Origin: Nitrospirales bacterium
Lineage (GTDB): Bacteria > Nitrospirota > Nitrospiria > Nitrospirales > UBA8639
NCBI GenBank assembly: GCA_963422365.1
Contig: OY729426.1
Coordinates: forward strand, 1,344,001-1,408,000
Direction of reading: 5' to 3'
Length of the DNA: 64,000 nt
The stretch's first letter is position 1; every line of letters begins with the position of its first letter. Positions 11,026-22,056 of this stretch are shown here, piece by piece. The notes below the pieces were generated by a model. That model worked only from the letters and a program-made list of their open reading frames with translations. It ran no database searches and had not been told where the DNA came from. The translations under genes and the position numbers were made by a program.

Positions 11026-11775
11026 TTACGGCTGCCTGAGTCCACAGGCTCTGGCAATTCCGTTACGGTATTGGAGCCAAACATTCAACCCCGTTTCCAA
11101 TTTTTCCAAGATTAAGGCTTTGGTGTCGGACTCTCCGGCTTCTTTGACAATGAGGTCATAGGCAATGGATCGGTTACAGGGCTCGATCAACGCTTGTGCT
11201 CGAATGAAATCTAGGTGTTCCGGAAGAAGCCCATGGTAAACCGCCAAGGGATGTTTCCCCACAAGATCTTCAATGTCCGCGGGGGATTTTTGTTCTTTCT
11301 GCGTCATGACCTCTTCTCGGTCATTGACGGAGCCTTGCACAAAGATGGTGAGGACCGCTGCGCCCACGATCCAGTCTTCCCGATCGCAGATTTCATTAAG
11401 CCATTCTCGATACGCATAACTTCTTGATAACAACTCGACTTCTCGAAATTCAGCCCGCTTGTACCCTAGGCCCATCATCATTTGAAGGAATAATTCTTGG
11501 TGCGGTTTGCCAAGTGAAAGCCCTCCGATTTCTTCTTCATAAATCGTCGTTGCCAAGTGACGACGTATTTGCCATGGAGGATTTTTCCCGACGATCCTCG
11601 CAAGCAGGACCGCGAAATCTCGAAGATAGACCGCATATTCTTGACGGAAGTGAATATTCAATTGCGCTTTGGTGACGGCGCTTCCGTTGAAGAGGGCTGT
11701 CGACCAATGCTGCTTACGGCGAAGAATGTGGAAAATTCGGTCGCGAAATTGTTCAGCCGAAAGCTTCCATATCAT
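11026..11775 (-). CDS. Heme-oxygenase-like (PqqC/CADD/TenA) fold protein
   Basis: H.RQEY..Y..DF and TIYEEEIG...PHQELF pattern. Confidence 0.75.
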   Translation of the reverse strand: MIWKLSAEQFRDRIFHILRRKQHWSTALFNGSAVTKAQLNIHFRQEYAVYLRDFAVLLARIVGKNPPWQIRRHLATTIYEEEIGGLSLGKPHQELFLQMMMGLGYKRAEFREVELLSRSYAYREWLNEICDREDWIVGAAVLTIFVQGSVNDREEVMTQKEQKSPADIEDLVGKHPLAVYHGLLPEHLDFIRAQALIEPCNRSIAYDLIVKEAGESDTKALILEKLETGLNVWLQYRNGIARACGLRQP

Positions 11776-11952
11776 GGTACGGGATAGGGAGAAAATGATT
11801 GATTGACGATGGAACGCAGGTTACGGGATATGGAGGTTTTTGGACAATATCGAAACGCGAGTGACGAGGCTTGCGTCGTTCTTATTTGCGTTTCTCGTTT
11901 TTGGCACCTAGAATGCAATACACAATCATACCATAATTGAGGGAAAAACAAC

Positions 11953-12243
11953 ATGGCTTTTGATCCAGTCACGTTAGCGAATCCGGATGAAATCCTGACC
12001 TTTTTGTCGCATGTTGCCTTACGTGGAAAAGGGGTGACAACTGACAGCCTGATGGATTATGTCTTGGACCAAGGGTTTACAGAGCCGACCTATTTGAGCA
12101 CCAAAGGGGAGGATTCGCAAGCTTTTTTCCAAGGACAGCCAAACGCCTGGGCTATTTATCAAATTCGTGAGTGGAAACGGGTACTTGTGGTCAGTGGGGG
12201 GGATGAACGGGAGCGGCGGGTTCAGATTACAGAAACCCCTTAG
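11953..12243 (+). CDS. Hypothetical protein
   Basis: 96-aa ORF with purine-rich RBS and normal composition. Confidence 0.65.
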   Translation: MAFDPVTLANPDEILTFLSHVALRGKGVTTDSLMDYVLDQGFTEPTYLSTKGEDSQAFFQGQPNAWAIYQIREWKRVLVVSGGDERERRVQITETP

Positions 12244-12334
12244 GGAGAAACGGGCCTCAAGTGAGAGAAGGACGGGCTAGGGGGCAACATGGCCTAAAGG
12301 GAGCAACAAACAAAGTGAGACCGAGTGCAAGGGG

Positions 12335-12769
12335 TTATTTCCACCCCCCCACGAGGATGCCTTCTTCAAAATACAGATAGCGGTGCTGGACGGATCCGGC
12401 CTCAATCCAATCCTCATAGACCCATTCTTCCCGTCGAACTCCACGGTCGGTATAGGTAATGTTCATTTGGTAAGGTGATCCCCAGGCTTGAATGGCTTGC
12501 TCGCGCGTCATGCCCACAATGACGTCCTTCTCTTGGATGTGGCGTTCAAAGGTCGGGTCCAAGAGTCCCGGCAGAAATCCCCATGCAAGCATGAAGACGG
12601 CAAAGGTGCCCAATAAAGTATAGAGGGTAATCCGGACTGGGCGTCGGCACGGTACGGGGAGCGGTCGTCCTTGTGAGCCGTCTTCCTTGTGGGGAGGCGA
12701 CGAATCGTGGGGAGAATCCTGGAGAACTGAAGTGGGGAGCGATTCTTGCGGAGGCATAGGCGATCTCAT
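12335..12769 (-). CDS. Hypothetical membrane-anchored protein with SmpA/OmlA-like C-terminus
   Basis: One TM helix, then GMTREQAIQAWGSP...EEWVY...YLYFEEG. Confidence 0.65.
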   Translation of the reverse strand: MRSPMPPQESLPTSVLQDSPHDSSPPHKEDGSQGRPLPVPCRRPVRITLYTLLGTFAVFMLAWGFLPGLLDPTFERHIQEKDVIVGMTREQAIQAWGSPYQMNITYTDRGVRREEWVYEDWIEAGSVQHRYLYFEEGILVGGWK

Positions 12770-12813
12770 CAGAATAGCAACCGTGAACGAAGGCAGTCAA
12801 TGTAAAGGCGACG

Positions 12814-13176
12814 ATGTTTATTGAAGTGGAAGAGAATCCGAACTGCGAGACGTCGGTCTTTCTTCGGTTTAAGGAATTGGGTCCGGCGCAGCGTCTTCGG
12901 CAAGTCAAGAGTGACGAACATTCTTCACGGGGTGAATGGTGTGAGGTCGTGGGATGGACAGATCATGAAGATCGTCCGGAATGCCAGGCCATGGTGCAAC
13001 CTGTTGAAGAATCCGGGCGCGGGGTGGCATATGTGGTGTTTGGAGGAGTGTGGGGGGTGCGATTGAAAAAAGAGGGGGTCCAAGAGGCTTGGAGCCTGGA
13101 AAGCCCCAATCAGTGGGGTGACGCCTACTTGCTGTTAATGGATGCGCATGATCTTCGATTGGAAGAAGGAGACTAA
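12814..13176 (+). CDS. Hypothetical protein
   Basis: 120-aa ORF with plausible globular sequence. Confidence 0.65.
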   Translation: MFIEVEENPNCETSVFLRFKELGPAQRLRQVKSDEHSSRGEWCEVVGWTDHEDRPECQAMVQPVEESGRGVAYVVFGGVWGVRLKKEGVQEAWSLESPNQWGDAYLLLMDAHDLRLEEGD

Positions 13177-13205
13177 GGGAAACCCGGAAATGGAGCGTTC
13201 GTCCG

Positions 13206-13991
13206 CTATTCGGCGTAGACCGGAACCGGAATGGTTTTCTTGGGTTTGGGCGGTTCAGGAAGGCGTTGGGTAAATTCTGGGGAGTAGGGGTTCAGGATAG
13301 GTTCATGGGTATGATGACCGATTTGATGAATCCGCGATAGGCTTTGAACGGTAAATTCCAATCGATCGATGGAGGAGTTGATGGTCAAATAGTCTGGAAG
13401 ACCATTAAGGGAGAATAATTGATACGCCAGCGTCCAATCCCCATCCTTTTTATTCCATTGCTCTATGACGAGTTCCGCCTCCTCTGACGGAGGGCCCTTA
13501 AACAACAGGACCCACAGATTTGATCGAAACGCCGGGTCATTCGGGCTCATCGAAGGGCTGAATTCTTGGACTAACGCAGGAATGGTCTTTAAGGGAATAC
13601 TGGGAGTGAATTCGACTTCAACTCGTTTGACGTGCAGTGTGGGAAAAGCTCCTGCCTCGCGGAAATCCGGCTTATAGACAAACGAGTATCGGACCTGAAC
13701 GCCGTCACGCGAGTAGGTGTACACATCCTCGCCATTCTGAGGAGACACGAGCTTACTAAAATATTTTTCCCAGTCCTTGGGCGAATAATAGCTAAACACG
13801 CGAAGGGCAGCCTTTCTCGAACGGATGGCGTGAGGCGTCCCGAGCTTATCATGGACTTCTTGTTTTGTGAGCCCGAGAAACCCGTCTTCGAAAAAGGGTT
13901 CGGCGTGCAGGGAAACCCTCGGAAACACAACCATCAGGCCGACGGTAAAGAGCAAACACAGGGGGAATCGCTGCAAACAAAGATTGTGCAT
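13206..13991 (-). CDS. Hypothetical secreted protein
   Basis: Signal peptide (..SLHA/EP) and GLTKQEVHDKLGTP. Confidence 0.7.
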   Translation of the reverse strand: MHNLCLQRFPLCLLFTVGLMVVFPRVSLHAEPFFEDGFLGLTKQEVHDKLGTPHAIRSRKAALRVFSYYSPKDWEKYFSKLVSPQNGEDVYTYSRDGVQVRYSFVYKPDFREAGAFPTLHVKRVEVEFTPSIPLKTIPALVQEFSPSMSPNDPAFRSNLWVLLFKGPPSEEAELVIEQWNKKDGDWTLAYQLFSLNGLPDYLTINSSIDRLEFTVQSLSRIHQIGHHTHEPILNPYSPEFTQRLPEPPKPKKTIPVPVYAE

Positions 13992-14212
13992 GAATCGATC
14001 TCAATCAGACTCAAGAACTTTCATCCTAACCTTGGACTGAAGTTGAGTCAAGCAAGTGGCCTTGCCTTAGACGCGGTGAATGAAGCTTCGAGAGTTTTTG
14101 ACCGTGAGAGACGGGATCAGTATAGTCATTCCTTTTCGTCCGGAGCAGCGTTGGGAACTTTTGCAGAAGGTCGGTGCCCACTTTCAATCCGTCCTGAGTC
14201 TATGAGGATCAC

Positions 14213-17200
14213 GTGGTGAATCCAAGAACCCGAATTGAAGAACTGAAAGATTGGCTTCGTCAACGGATCGTCGTGCTGGATGGCGCCATGGGCACGATGA
14301 TTCAGAAACAGAACTTAACGGAGGCGGACTTTCGGGGAGAGCAGTTTGCCACGCATTCCTGTGATGTCAAGGGCAACAACGACCTGTTGGTTCTGACCCA
14401 ACCGGACCTCATCGGCTCGCTTCATCAGGAATATCTGGAAGCCGGCGCGGACATGATCGAAACGAATACGTTTAACTCCAATGCGATCTCCATGGCCGAC
14501 TATCAAATGGAGACTTTGGCGTATGAGTTGAACGTGGCCGGGGCCATGGTGGCGCGGAAGGCGGCAGATGCGGCTATGAAAAAAGATCCCTTGCGGCCGA
14601 GATTCGTGGCCGGAGTGATGGGGCCCACCAATCGGACGGCATCCATGTCGCCGGACGTGAATGACCCGGCTTTTCGCGCGGCGACGTTTGAACAATTGCG
14701 GAAAGCGTACTACGAACAAGTGCGGGGCTTGGTGGAGGGCGGAAGCGACCTGCTTCTCGTGGAAACGATCTTCGATACGCTCAATGCGAAGGCTGCCTTT
14801 TTTGCCATCGATCAATATCGCCAGGAACAGGGGGTGTCTCTTCCGGTCATGGCCTCCGTGACCATTACTGATCAAAGCGGGCGAACGCTCTCCGGGCAGA
14901 CGATTGAAGCCTTTTGGCATTCCATTGCCGATGCGGATCCCTTCAGCGTCGGGATTAATTGTGCCCTGGGGGCCAAGCAAATGCGTCCCTATATTGAGGA
15001 ATTGTCGAAATGTGCCCCGGTCTACATCAGTTGCCATCCCAATGCGGGATTGCCGAATGCTTTCGGTGGGTTTGACGAGACACCGGAGCGGATGGCGGAG
15101 GACTTACGCGATTTTGCCGGGAATGGGTGGTTGAATATTGTGGGCGGATGCTGCGGAAGCACACCGGACCATATTGCTGCTATTGCCCGGGCGGTGCGTG
15201 ATCGGCCTCCTCATACGGTGGTCGCACCCGATCATGCCACGCGGTTGAGCGGGTTGGAGTCGCTGACGATTCGGCCCGAGCTGAACTTCGTGAATATTGG
15301 AGAGCGGACGAATGTCACGGGCTCACCGAAATTTTCCCAGTTGATTCGCAATGGTCAGTTCGAAGAAGCCCTTGTGGTGGCCAGACAGCAGGTGGAAGGG
15401 GGCGCTCAGCTCCTTGACGTCAACATGGACGAAGCCATGTTGGATTCGGAAAACGCCATGGTGCATTTTCTGAATCTTATCGCCTCGGAACCCGATGTTT
15501 GCCGTGTTCCTCTCGTGATCGATAGCTCGAAGTGGTCGGTGATTGAGGCCGGGCTGCAATGCATTCAAGGCAAGGGCGTGGTCAATTCCATCAGCCTCAA
15601 AGAAGGCGAGGAGAAATTCAAAGAACAGGCCCGGCTGATCAAACGGTATGGCGCGGCCGTGGTGGTGATGGCGTTTGATGAAGCGGGACAGGCCGATACC
15701 ATCGACCGGAAGGTCGACATTTGCACCAGGGCGTACAAGATCCTGACGGAAGACGTTGCGGTTCCTCCGCAAGATATTATTTTCGATCCGAATATCCTGA
15801 CGGTCGCCACGGGCATTGAAGAACACAATAACTATGCGGTCAATTTCCTTGAGGCCACTCGGCAAATCAAAGCCGCATTGCCGCACTGTAAAGTCAGCGG
15901 CGGAGTCAGTAATATTTCCTTCTCGTTCCGTGGTAACAACGTCGTGCGTGAGGCCATGCACGTGGCTTTTCTGTATCACGCGATCAACGCCGGTCTGGAC
16001 ATGGCCATCGTCAATGCCGGCCAGTTGGGAGTTTATGAGGAGATCTCCAAGGATTTGCTGGACCTGGTCGAGGATGTCCTGTTGAATCGAAGGCCCGATG
16101 CGACCGAGCGGTTGGTCACCTTTGCTGAAACCGTGGAACAGGAAGGCAAGGCGGTGGTCAAAGCCGATGCATGGCGAGAAGGTCCGGTTGAAGCCCGTCT
16201 CTCGCATGCGTTGGTCAAAGGGATCGTGGACTACATCAACGAAGATGTGGAAGAAGCCAGGCAGGCATATGCTAAACCGCTCAAGATCATCGAAGGTCCG
16301 TTGATGGACGGGATGAACATCGTGGGGGAATTATTCGGTTCCGGAAAAATGTTTTTGCCGCAAGTTGTCAAGAGTGCACGGGTGATGAAAAAAGCCGTGG
16401 CGTATTTGCTGCCCTTCATGGATCAGGAAAAAGAAGCGTCGGGAAGTACGGCACAAGGGAAGGTCCTGCTGGCCACGGTCAAAGGCGATGTCCACGACAT
16501 TGGCAAAAATATCGTCGGCGTGGTCTTGGGGTGTAACAACTATGAAGTCATTGATCTCGGGGTGATGGTCCCCTGCGAAAAAATTTTGGCAAAAGCCAAA
16601 GAGGAACAGGTCGATATGATCGGCCTGAGTGGCTTGATTACCCCGTCATTGGATGAGATGACCTACAATGCGAAAGAAATGACGCGCCAAGGCTTTGATA
16701 TCCCACTCCTCATCGGAGGCGCCACGACGAGCAAAGCCCACACGGCCGTCAAAATCGCCCCAGGCTACCACGAACCGGTCGTGCACGTGACTGATGCGTC
16801 GTTGGCCGTGAACGTCGTCCGGCAATTATTGAGCAAAGAAGGAAAGCCCGGGTTTGTGGAAACGGTCCGGCAGCAACAACAGCAGTCGCGCGAAGCCTAT
16901 GAAGGCAAGAAAACCCGGAAGAAGTTGTTGCCGTTGGAAGAGGCACGGAAACAGCGAACCTCGATTGATTGGCAAACGTTGGAGAGAGCGAAGCCACGTT
17001 TCTTAGGAACACGGGTGATTGACAATCAACCGTTAAGCGACTTAGTGCCGGTGATCGACTGGTCGCCCTTTTTCCATACGTGGGAGTTGAAGGGCCGACA
17101 CCCAACAATTTTTGAAGATCCGACCATAGGGAGTAAGGCCAAGGAGCTGTTTGATGATGCCCAGGAATTGCTCAAGGAAATCATCGATAAACAGTTGCTC

Positions 17201-17893
17201 ACGGCGAAAGCGGTGTACGGATTGTTCCCTGCCAATAGTGTGGATGACGATATTGAAGTCTACAGGGATGACACGCGCTCGGAGGTGCTCGCCACCCTCC
17301 ATACCCTGCGGCAGCAGATCCAGAAACCGGAAGGAGAGGCAAACTACGCGCTCGCGGATTTTATCGCGCCCAAGTCGACGGGACTGGCCGACTATGTTGG
17401 CGGGTTTGCGGTGACGGCGGGTCTTGGCTGTGAAGCCCTGTGCGAACGATTCGAACAAGACCATGATGATTACAACTCGATCATGGCGAAAGCCATGGCC
17501 GATAGGCTGGCCGAAGCGTTTGCGGAATGGCTGCATCGAGAGGTCCGCAACGCATGGGGCTATGGACAAGACGAACACTGTTCGACTGAGGATTTAATCA
17601 GAGAGCGCTATCGTGGAATCCGTCCGGCTCCAGGCTATCCCGCGTGTCCGGACCACACCGAAAAACGGATCTTGTTTGACCTTCTGAAGGCCGAAAAGGT
17701 CACCGGCATTCATTTGACGGAAACGTTTGCCATGGTTCCTGCTTCGTCGGTCAGCGGCCTGTACTTTGTCCACCCACAAGCCAGATATTTCGCCGTGGGC
17801 AAGATTGATCACGATCAAGTGAAAGACTATGCCGCGCGCAAGCAGCTGGATGTGGCCACTGTGGAACGTTGGCTCTCCCCGAATCTGCTGTGA
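14213..17893 (+). CDS. metH: Cobalamin-dependent methionine synthase
   Basis: [25 protein letters not shown]12-binding [10 protein letters not shown] and [12 protein letters not shown]. Confidence 0.98.
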   Translation: MVNPRTRIEELKDWLRQRIVVLDGAMGTMIQKQNLTEADFRGEQFATHSCDVKGNNDLLVLTQPDLIGSLHQEYLEAGADMIETNTFNSNAISMADYQMETLAYELNVAGAMVARKAADAAMKKDPLRPRFVAGVMGPTNRTASMSPDVNDPAFRAATFEQLRKAYYEQVRGLVEGGSDLLLVETIFDTLNAKAAFFAIDQYRQEQGVSLPVMASVTITDQSGRTLSGQTIEAFWHSIADADPFSVGINCALGAKQMRPYIEELSKCAPVYISCHPNAGLPNAFGGFDETPERMAEDLRDFAGNGWLNIVGGCCGSTPDHIAAIARAVRDRPPHTVVAPDHATRLSGLESLTIRPELNFVNIGERTNVTGSPKFSQLIRNGQFEEALVVARQQVEGGAQLLDVNMDEAMLDSENAMVHFLNLIASEPDVCRVPLVIDSSKWSVIEAGLQCIQGKGVVNSISLKEGEEKFKEQARLIKRYGAAVVVMAFDEAGQADTIDRKVDICTRAYKILTEDVAVPPQDIIFDPNILTVATGIEEHNNYAVNFLEATRQIKAALPHCKVSGGVSNISFSFRGNNVVREAMHVAFLYHAINAGLDMAIVNAGQLGVYEEISKDLLDLVEDVLLNRRPDATERLVTFAETVEQEGKAVVKADAWREGPVEARLSHALVKGIVDYINEDVEEARQAYAKPLKIIEGPLMDGMNIVGELFGSGKMFLPQVVKSARVMKKAVAYLLPFMDQEKEASGSTAQGKVLLATVKGDVHDIGKNIVGVVLGCNNYEVIDLGVMVPCEKILAKAKEEQVDMIGLSGLITPSLDEMTYNAKEMTRQGFDIPLLIGGATTSKAHTAVKIAPGYHEPVVHVTDASLAVNVVRQLLSKEGKPGFVETVRQQQQQSREAYEGKKTRKKLLPLEEARKQRTSIDWQTLERAKPRFLGTRVIDNQPLSDLVPVIDWSPFFHTWELKGRHPTIFEDPTIGSKAKELFDDAQELLKEIIDKQLLTAKAVYGLFPANSVDDDIEVYRDDTRSEVLATLHTLRQQIQKPEGEANYALADFIAPKSTGLADYVGGFAVTAGLGCEALCERFEQDHDDYNSIMAKAMADRLAEAFAEWLHREVRNAWGYGQDEHCSTEDLIRERYRGIRPAPGYPACPDHTEKRILFDLLKAEKVTGIHLTETFAMVPASSVSGLYFVHPQARYFAVGKIDHDQVKDYAARKQLDVATVERWLSPNLL

Positions 17894-17962
17894 GAGGCCG
17901 CTACAATCGAATGGTGTCATGGCCGTATCGTATCTCCGTATTTGTAGAGCCGCATCTCATGT

Positions 17963-18046
17963 GACCCCCCCCTTGAGGGAAAGTCGGGGAGCCAAGGGCG
18001 CACACCTCTACGCCAGGCGCTTGAAGTCGGCCTCGGGGTGGGGTTC
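17963..18046. repeat. Degenerate REP-like palindromic element
   Basis: CCCCCCCTTGAGGG...GGGGTGGGG in the intergenic region after metH. Confidence 0.35.
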
Positions 18047-18269
18047 ACGGTAGAGGCCCGTGGCAGGGCCTTGGTCGCGCAGGAGGGTGACATCCACAAC
18101 TGAGGCGCGGGTGAATCGATTCGGCTTAGAGTCGGAGGCGGATGGGCGTGGGTTGTCGGTCACGCTGGCACCTACCTGGGGGCAGACCTCGAGGGTGGTC
18201 GTGGTACTGGGCCTGCTTCTTTAGACACGGCCTTGATCTAGAAAATTCCGTTGGCGTATTCTGGGAGTG

Positions 18270-18677
18270 ATGACGATCTTTCAGAAAATCCTGAACGGCG
18301 AGATCCCGTGTCACAGGGTTTATGAAGATGAGCACGTGCTGGCTTTTTTGGATATTTATCCGTTGTCCACGGGCCATACCTTGGTCATTCCGAAAGAGCC
18401 GGTGGAAACACTGGATCAACTATCGGATGAATCAGCCGCCGCCATCGGGCGGGTCTTGCCGCGTCTCTGCAGAGCGGTGCTCAAAGGCACGGGAGCCCGA
18501 CATTTTAATGTGCTCCAAAACAATGGCGTCCCGGCCCACCAAGCCGTGAGTCACGTCCATTTTCATATCATCCCGAAAGAAGACGATGGATCAGGTTTAG
18601 GGATAGGGTGGGACACAACGCCCCTTAACCATGGGGATGACTTGGCGGCGACCATCGCCGGCTGCCTGGAAACCTGA
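18270..18677 (+). CDS. HIT family nucleotide hydrolase
   Basis: GHTLVIPK and histidine triad HVHFH. Confidence 0.92.
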   Translation: MTIFQKILNGEIPCHRVYEDEHVLAFLDIYPLSTGHTLVIPKEPVETLDQLSDESAAAIGRVLPRLCRAVLKGTGARHFNVLQNNGVPAHQAVSHVHFHIIPKEDDGSGLGIGWDTTPLNHGDDLAATIAGCLET

Positions 18678-18699
18678 CCGAGTTTTGACGAATCCGATA

Positions 18700-18749
18700 A
18701 TTGCCATTCATTTGCAATAATTGACAATCCAGTGGGGGCTTGGTACCGT
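18700..18749 (+). promoter_or_regulatory. Sigma70 promoter (TTGACA-N17-TACCGT) preceded by palindrome ATTGC-N9-GCAAT, a possible Fur-family operator
   Basis: TTGACA 18721-18726, TACCGT 18744-18749, inverted repeat 18700-18718. Confidence 0.55.
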
Positions 18750-18758
18750 GTCCTCACT

Positions 18759-19121
18759 ATGGACCCGTCTCGACTTCCGTCGGTATCAGGATCATCGTTT
18801 CAAATTTCTGCGCCACCAGTGTCTGCGGGCCTCATCATCTCATTGGCCGTTGGGTCTTTGGCCTCGGTCCCTCTTGCCGGTGAGTTGGAAATCGACCATG
18901 TTTTCGGTGAGGACGGCCATCATGACCAAAAGCACCTCGATTTTGATTTGTGCACCTGGCTTGAAGTTCAAGTTTCCGTTATCCTGGCATTCGCGGTTCT
19001 TGAACTCCACCATCATTCCACGGTCTCATCGGATAAAGTTTGGGAGCCTTTCCTTGCGTTTTTACAAAAACCGGTTGTCTCCCTTCTTTCCCTCCGTGCT
19101 CCCCCTGCACTTTTCATATAA
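18759..19121 (+). CDS. DUF2946-like His-rich membrane peptide ending in a RAPP motif
   Basis: TM segment, HVFGEDGHHDQKH..DLCTW, C-terminal LRAPP. Confidence 0.65.
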   Translation: MDPSRLPSVSGSSFQISAPPVSAGLIISLAVGSLASVPLAGELEIDHVFGEDGHHDQKHLDFDLCTWLEVQVSVILAFAVLELHHHSTVSSDKVWEPFLAFLQKPVVSLLSLRAPPALFI

Positions 19122-19289
19122 CGACGGCTCCGACGACACCTTCAAGGTCTTTTCTCCTCGATGCCTCTCCTTCAAAGGTTCCTTGGGTTGACGAAATATG
19201 AAAAAGAGTTGTCGGGCACTTTCCCATGTTTTGCCGAATGAATCCGAACTTGGCCTAGCCCATTGATGTAAACGAACCAAGCGCGTATC

Positions 19290-19812
19290 TGAATACAAAC
19301 ACCGTTTCTTGTGACCATGCTGCGCTCATTTGAAGATGTCGAGATTGTCGGCCCAAAGCGGTAAAGAAACGATTCGATTGATTGAGCAAATACAACCCGA
19401 TCCGGCCTTCCTCGATTTGCAAATGCCGGAACTGGATGGGCTGTCCATCGTACGGTCCTTTCGTCATGGGCGAATTCCGCTGGTGGCCTTTGTCACGGCA
19501 TTCGATGCCCTGCTCAACCCTGTTGATCAAGGCCGCCTTTGCAAAACGATCAATCGTGCCCATGAAAGACTCGAACGGGCCGCATTCGCAGAGCAGGAAA
19601 CTGATGAGCAGTCTGTCCGTGCGGATCGTGAATCTTCGGTGCGTGCAGTGCCGTGTATCGATCGATTTCCCATTCGAAAACAGGACGATTTATGTGTTAC
19701 CCGTTCACCATATTGCATCCGCGGTCTCAGAGGGTGAGTTGAGGTATGTGACCACTCTTCGCAAGGAACGATACACGATGAACGATTGGCTGAAAACGTT
19801 GGAAGCCAATAA
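19290..19812 (+). pseudogene. LytTR-family response regulator remnant
   Basis: FLDLQMPELDG and VAFVTAFD receiver motifs, then fragment IYVLPVHHIASAVSEGEL in another frame. Confidence 0.75.
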
Positions 19813-19919
19813 TGTGTTTTTTGATGGATGGAATGAGTCCCATGGCAGCCAGAGTGAGTCGGCAATGTGTTGAGTGCACGCTTTCCGTGACTAGGGAAGG
19901 GTATAAAGAGGGTTACAAG

Positions 19920-20366
19920 ATGAAGCATGTTTGGATGGTTCTCGTGATGGCGAGTGCCTTGCTGGGAATGAGCCCCCCGTCTGTGTGGAGCCAAGTCGAT
20001 GATTCCACACATGAGTCCGATCATGTAGCGGATGAGGGCGTGGAGGTTCTTGAAACCGTACATGTGCATGGACTCAGACTGAACGAAGATCAACAGCGGG
20101 GGCCGGTCCCCAAGTACACCCCTTGGCCCACCATGCCGTCGGCGTTACAAGGCCAAGCAGTCGATGACTGGATGAAGGTGCGCATTCTTGTCAGCAAAAC
20201 GGCAGACACCATGCTTGTGGTTCTGGAGCCCGCGACGAATCGTCGACTCAACCTGGCCGGAGTTCACGCTCTCAAGCAATGGACATTCGATCCCCAAATG
20301 AATGGGGACGATCCTGTAGATGGAGCATTGACGGTCAGAATTCACTTCAGAACGCAGGAGAATTAG
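19920..20366 (+). CDS. Secreted protein with TonB C-terminal-like domain
   Basis: Signal peptide and C-terminal ALKQWTFDPQMNGDDPVDG..TVRIHF. Confidence 0.7.
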   Translation: MKHVWMVLVMASALLGMSPPSVWSQVDDSTHESDHVADEGVEVLETVHVHGLRLNEDQQRGPVPKYTPWPTMPSALQGQAVDDWMKVRILVSKTADTMLVVLEPATNRRLNLAGVHALKQWTFDPQMNGDDPVDGALTVRIHFRTQEN

Positions 20367-20467
20367 TGATCGGCCGTTTTGAAAAAACCGAAGATTGCGC
20401 GGGGCGGATATGGAGCCCCAGCCCTGCGGTAGAGCGATCGGGTTCCCTAGCAGAGAGCGAGAGGAGC

Positions 20468-21180
20468 ATGTGTAGACGGTATCCCTTCACGTGCATGCCT
20501 GAGATCGTTGCTGAGGAATTTCGCCTCGAAGAAATCCCCGATCTTCAACTTCGCTAGAACATTGCGCCCCCCCAATGGGTCTCATGTGTGAGAGTCGGGT
20601 TCCATGTACAGCAACGCGAGGCGGCCACGTTGCAGTGGGGCTTCATCCCCTCGTGGGCAAGGGTCCCCGCAAGAGGGATGGAACTCATCAATGCCGGAGC
20701 GGAAACCGTGGCGGAAAAGACATCGTTTCAAAAGCCGTTTCGAGAACGCTGCTGTCTGGTTTTCAAAAGCCGTTTCGAGAACGCTGCTGTCTGGTGCCGG
20801 CGGACGGCGACTATGAATGGAAACGGGAAGGTGCAAGAAAACAGCCCTACTCTATTCGGTTGAAAAATGAGCGCTCGTTTGCGGGGCTGTGGGATCGGTG
20901 GAATGGTGAAGATGGGAAACCCATGGAATCATGATGTACCGTGGACCACCAAGCCCAACGAACGTCTGGCCTTGATTCATAACCGGATATCGGTCATTTT
21001 AAACCTGTGGCGTAGGAGCCCCTTGGCTTGACCCCGGGTTGCAGGATGCGACTCGCCTTGTCACGTTGTTGCCAGCCTATCCGTCAGACGCCATGATCAC
21101 GGTCCCGGTCAGTAGACGGGTCAATAATCCACAAGCGGATGACGCCGCAGGGTCTCGAAGCCATAAAGACGCCGGAGGAA
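20468..21180 (+). pseudogene. SOS-response-associated peptidase (SRAP/YedK/HMCES) pseudogene
   Basis: MC.RY start, R*NIAP, LQWGFIPSW, LINA..ET, RCLVPADGDYEW, FAGLW, VSRRVNNP. Stops, frameshifts and a 35-bp duplication. Confidence 0.85.
20726..20795 (+). repeat. Perfect 35-bp tandem duplication
   Basis: TTTCAAAAGCCGTTTCGAGAACGCTGCTGTCTGGT x2. Confidence 0.95.
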
Positions 21181-21190
21181 TGAAACGCAG

Positions 21191-21994
21191 TCAGAAAATA
21201 GGCCCTTCCCGGGTTGTCTGACGGGTTATTCGCCCCGCTGCCTTGGTGAGAACGGTTCGTGGAACCCATTTCGTCAACAAAGCCGCCAGCTTCCCTTGCC
21301 AGCCAATGGTGACCATAGGGTGCTTTTTCGGTAAGGCAGCCAGGGACGTGTACGCCACTTGGGCAGCCGTTTGAATGGGAAGGAGACTGGATGGACGAAA
21401 TCCGGCGGAGCTATGAAAATCGGTCTCCGTTTGTCCCGGGCAACAGGCCTGGACATGAACCCCTGTTGCGTGCACTTCCTCGGCCAACGCTTCTGAAAAT
21501 GACAGCAAAAATGCTTTGGTGGCGGCATATTCCGCGAAATACGGGATAGGGAGCATGCCGGCGATGGAGGCCACGTTGATAATGGTGCCGGATCCACGCT
21601 CGATCATCCCCGGCAGAAACAACCGAATGCTTTCCACGACGGTTTGAACGTGCAAATGGAACATCTCCTGGATACGCGGTAGTGGGTGAGAGACGAATTC
21701 CCCATACAATCCGAAGCCGGCGTTATTGATCAGCATATCCGGCGTATGCCGGTACCGCCGGCCTTCCACGAATAATTGATGCGCGGCATGAGGCTGGGCC
21801 AGATCGACGCTGAACACGTGGGCCTGAATGCGGTGGTTCGTCTCGAGTTCATGGGAGAGTTGCGTGAGTCGCGTCTCGTTGCGGGAGACCAGCAGCAGGT
21901 CATAGCCTTGGCTTGCGAGGAGGCGGGCATATCCGGCCCCGATCCCTCGTGAGGCTCCGGTGAGAATGGCAAACGGATTCGGATCGTTGGACAT
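21191..21994 (-). CDS. Short-chain dehydrogenase/reductase
   Basis: TGASRGIG, INNAG, YAATK. Confidence 0.92.
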   Translation of the reverse strand: MSNDPNPFAILTGASRGIGAGYARLLASQGYDLLLVSRNETRLTQLSHELETNHRIQAHVFSVDLAQPHAAHQLFVEGRRYRHTPDMLINNAGFGLYGEFVSHPLPRIQEMFHLHVQTVVESIRLFLPGMIERGSGTIINVASIAGMLPIPYFAEYAATKAFLLSFSEALAEEVHATGVHVQACCPGQTETDFHSSAGFRPSSLLPIQTAAQVAYTSLAALPKKHPMVTIGWQGKLAALLTKWVPRTVLTKAAGRITRQTTREGPIF

Positions 21995-22056
21995 ATCATT
22001 CGGTGAGCAGAGAACAAACCTGCTCCGTGCAGGATAAAGCAAAGGATGCCGCAACA

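Noticed and set aside
14315..17578. Long antisense ORFs within metH (also within addAB, dprE1 and the GT-C genes)
   Set aside because: Shadow ORFs expected opposite GC-rich coding sequence, with no recognisable motifs.
20726..20795. 35-bp direct repeat as a CRISPR array
   Set aside because: Only two abutting copies with no spacer, inside a coding remnant, and no cas genes in the window.
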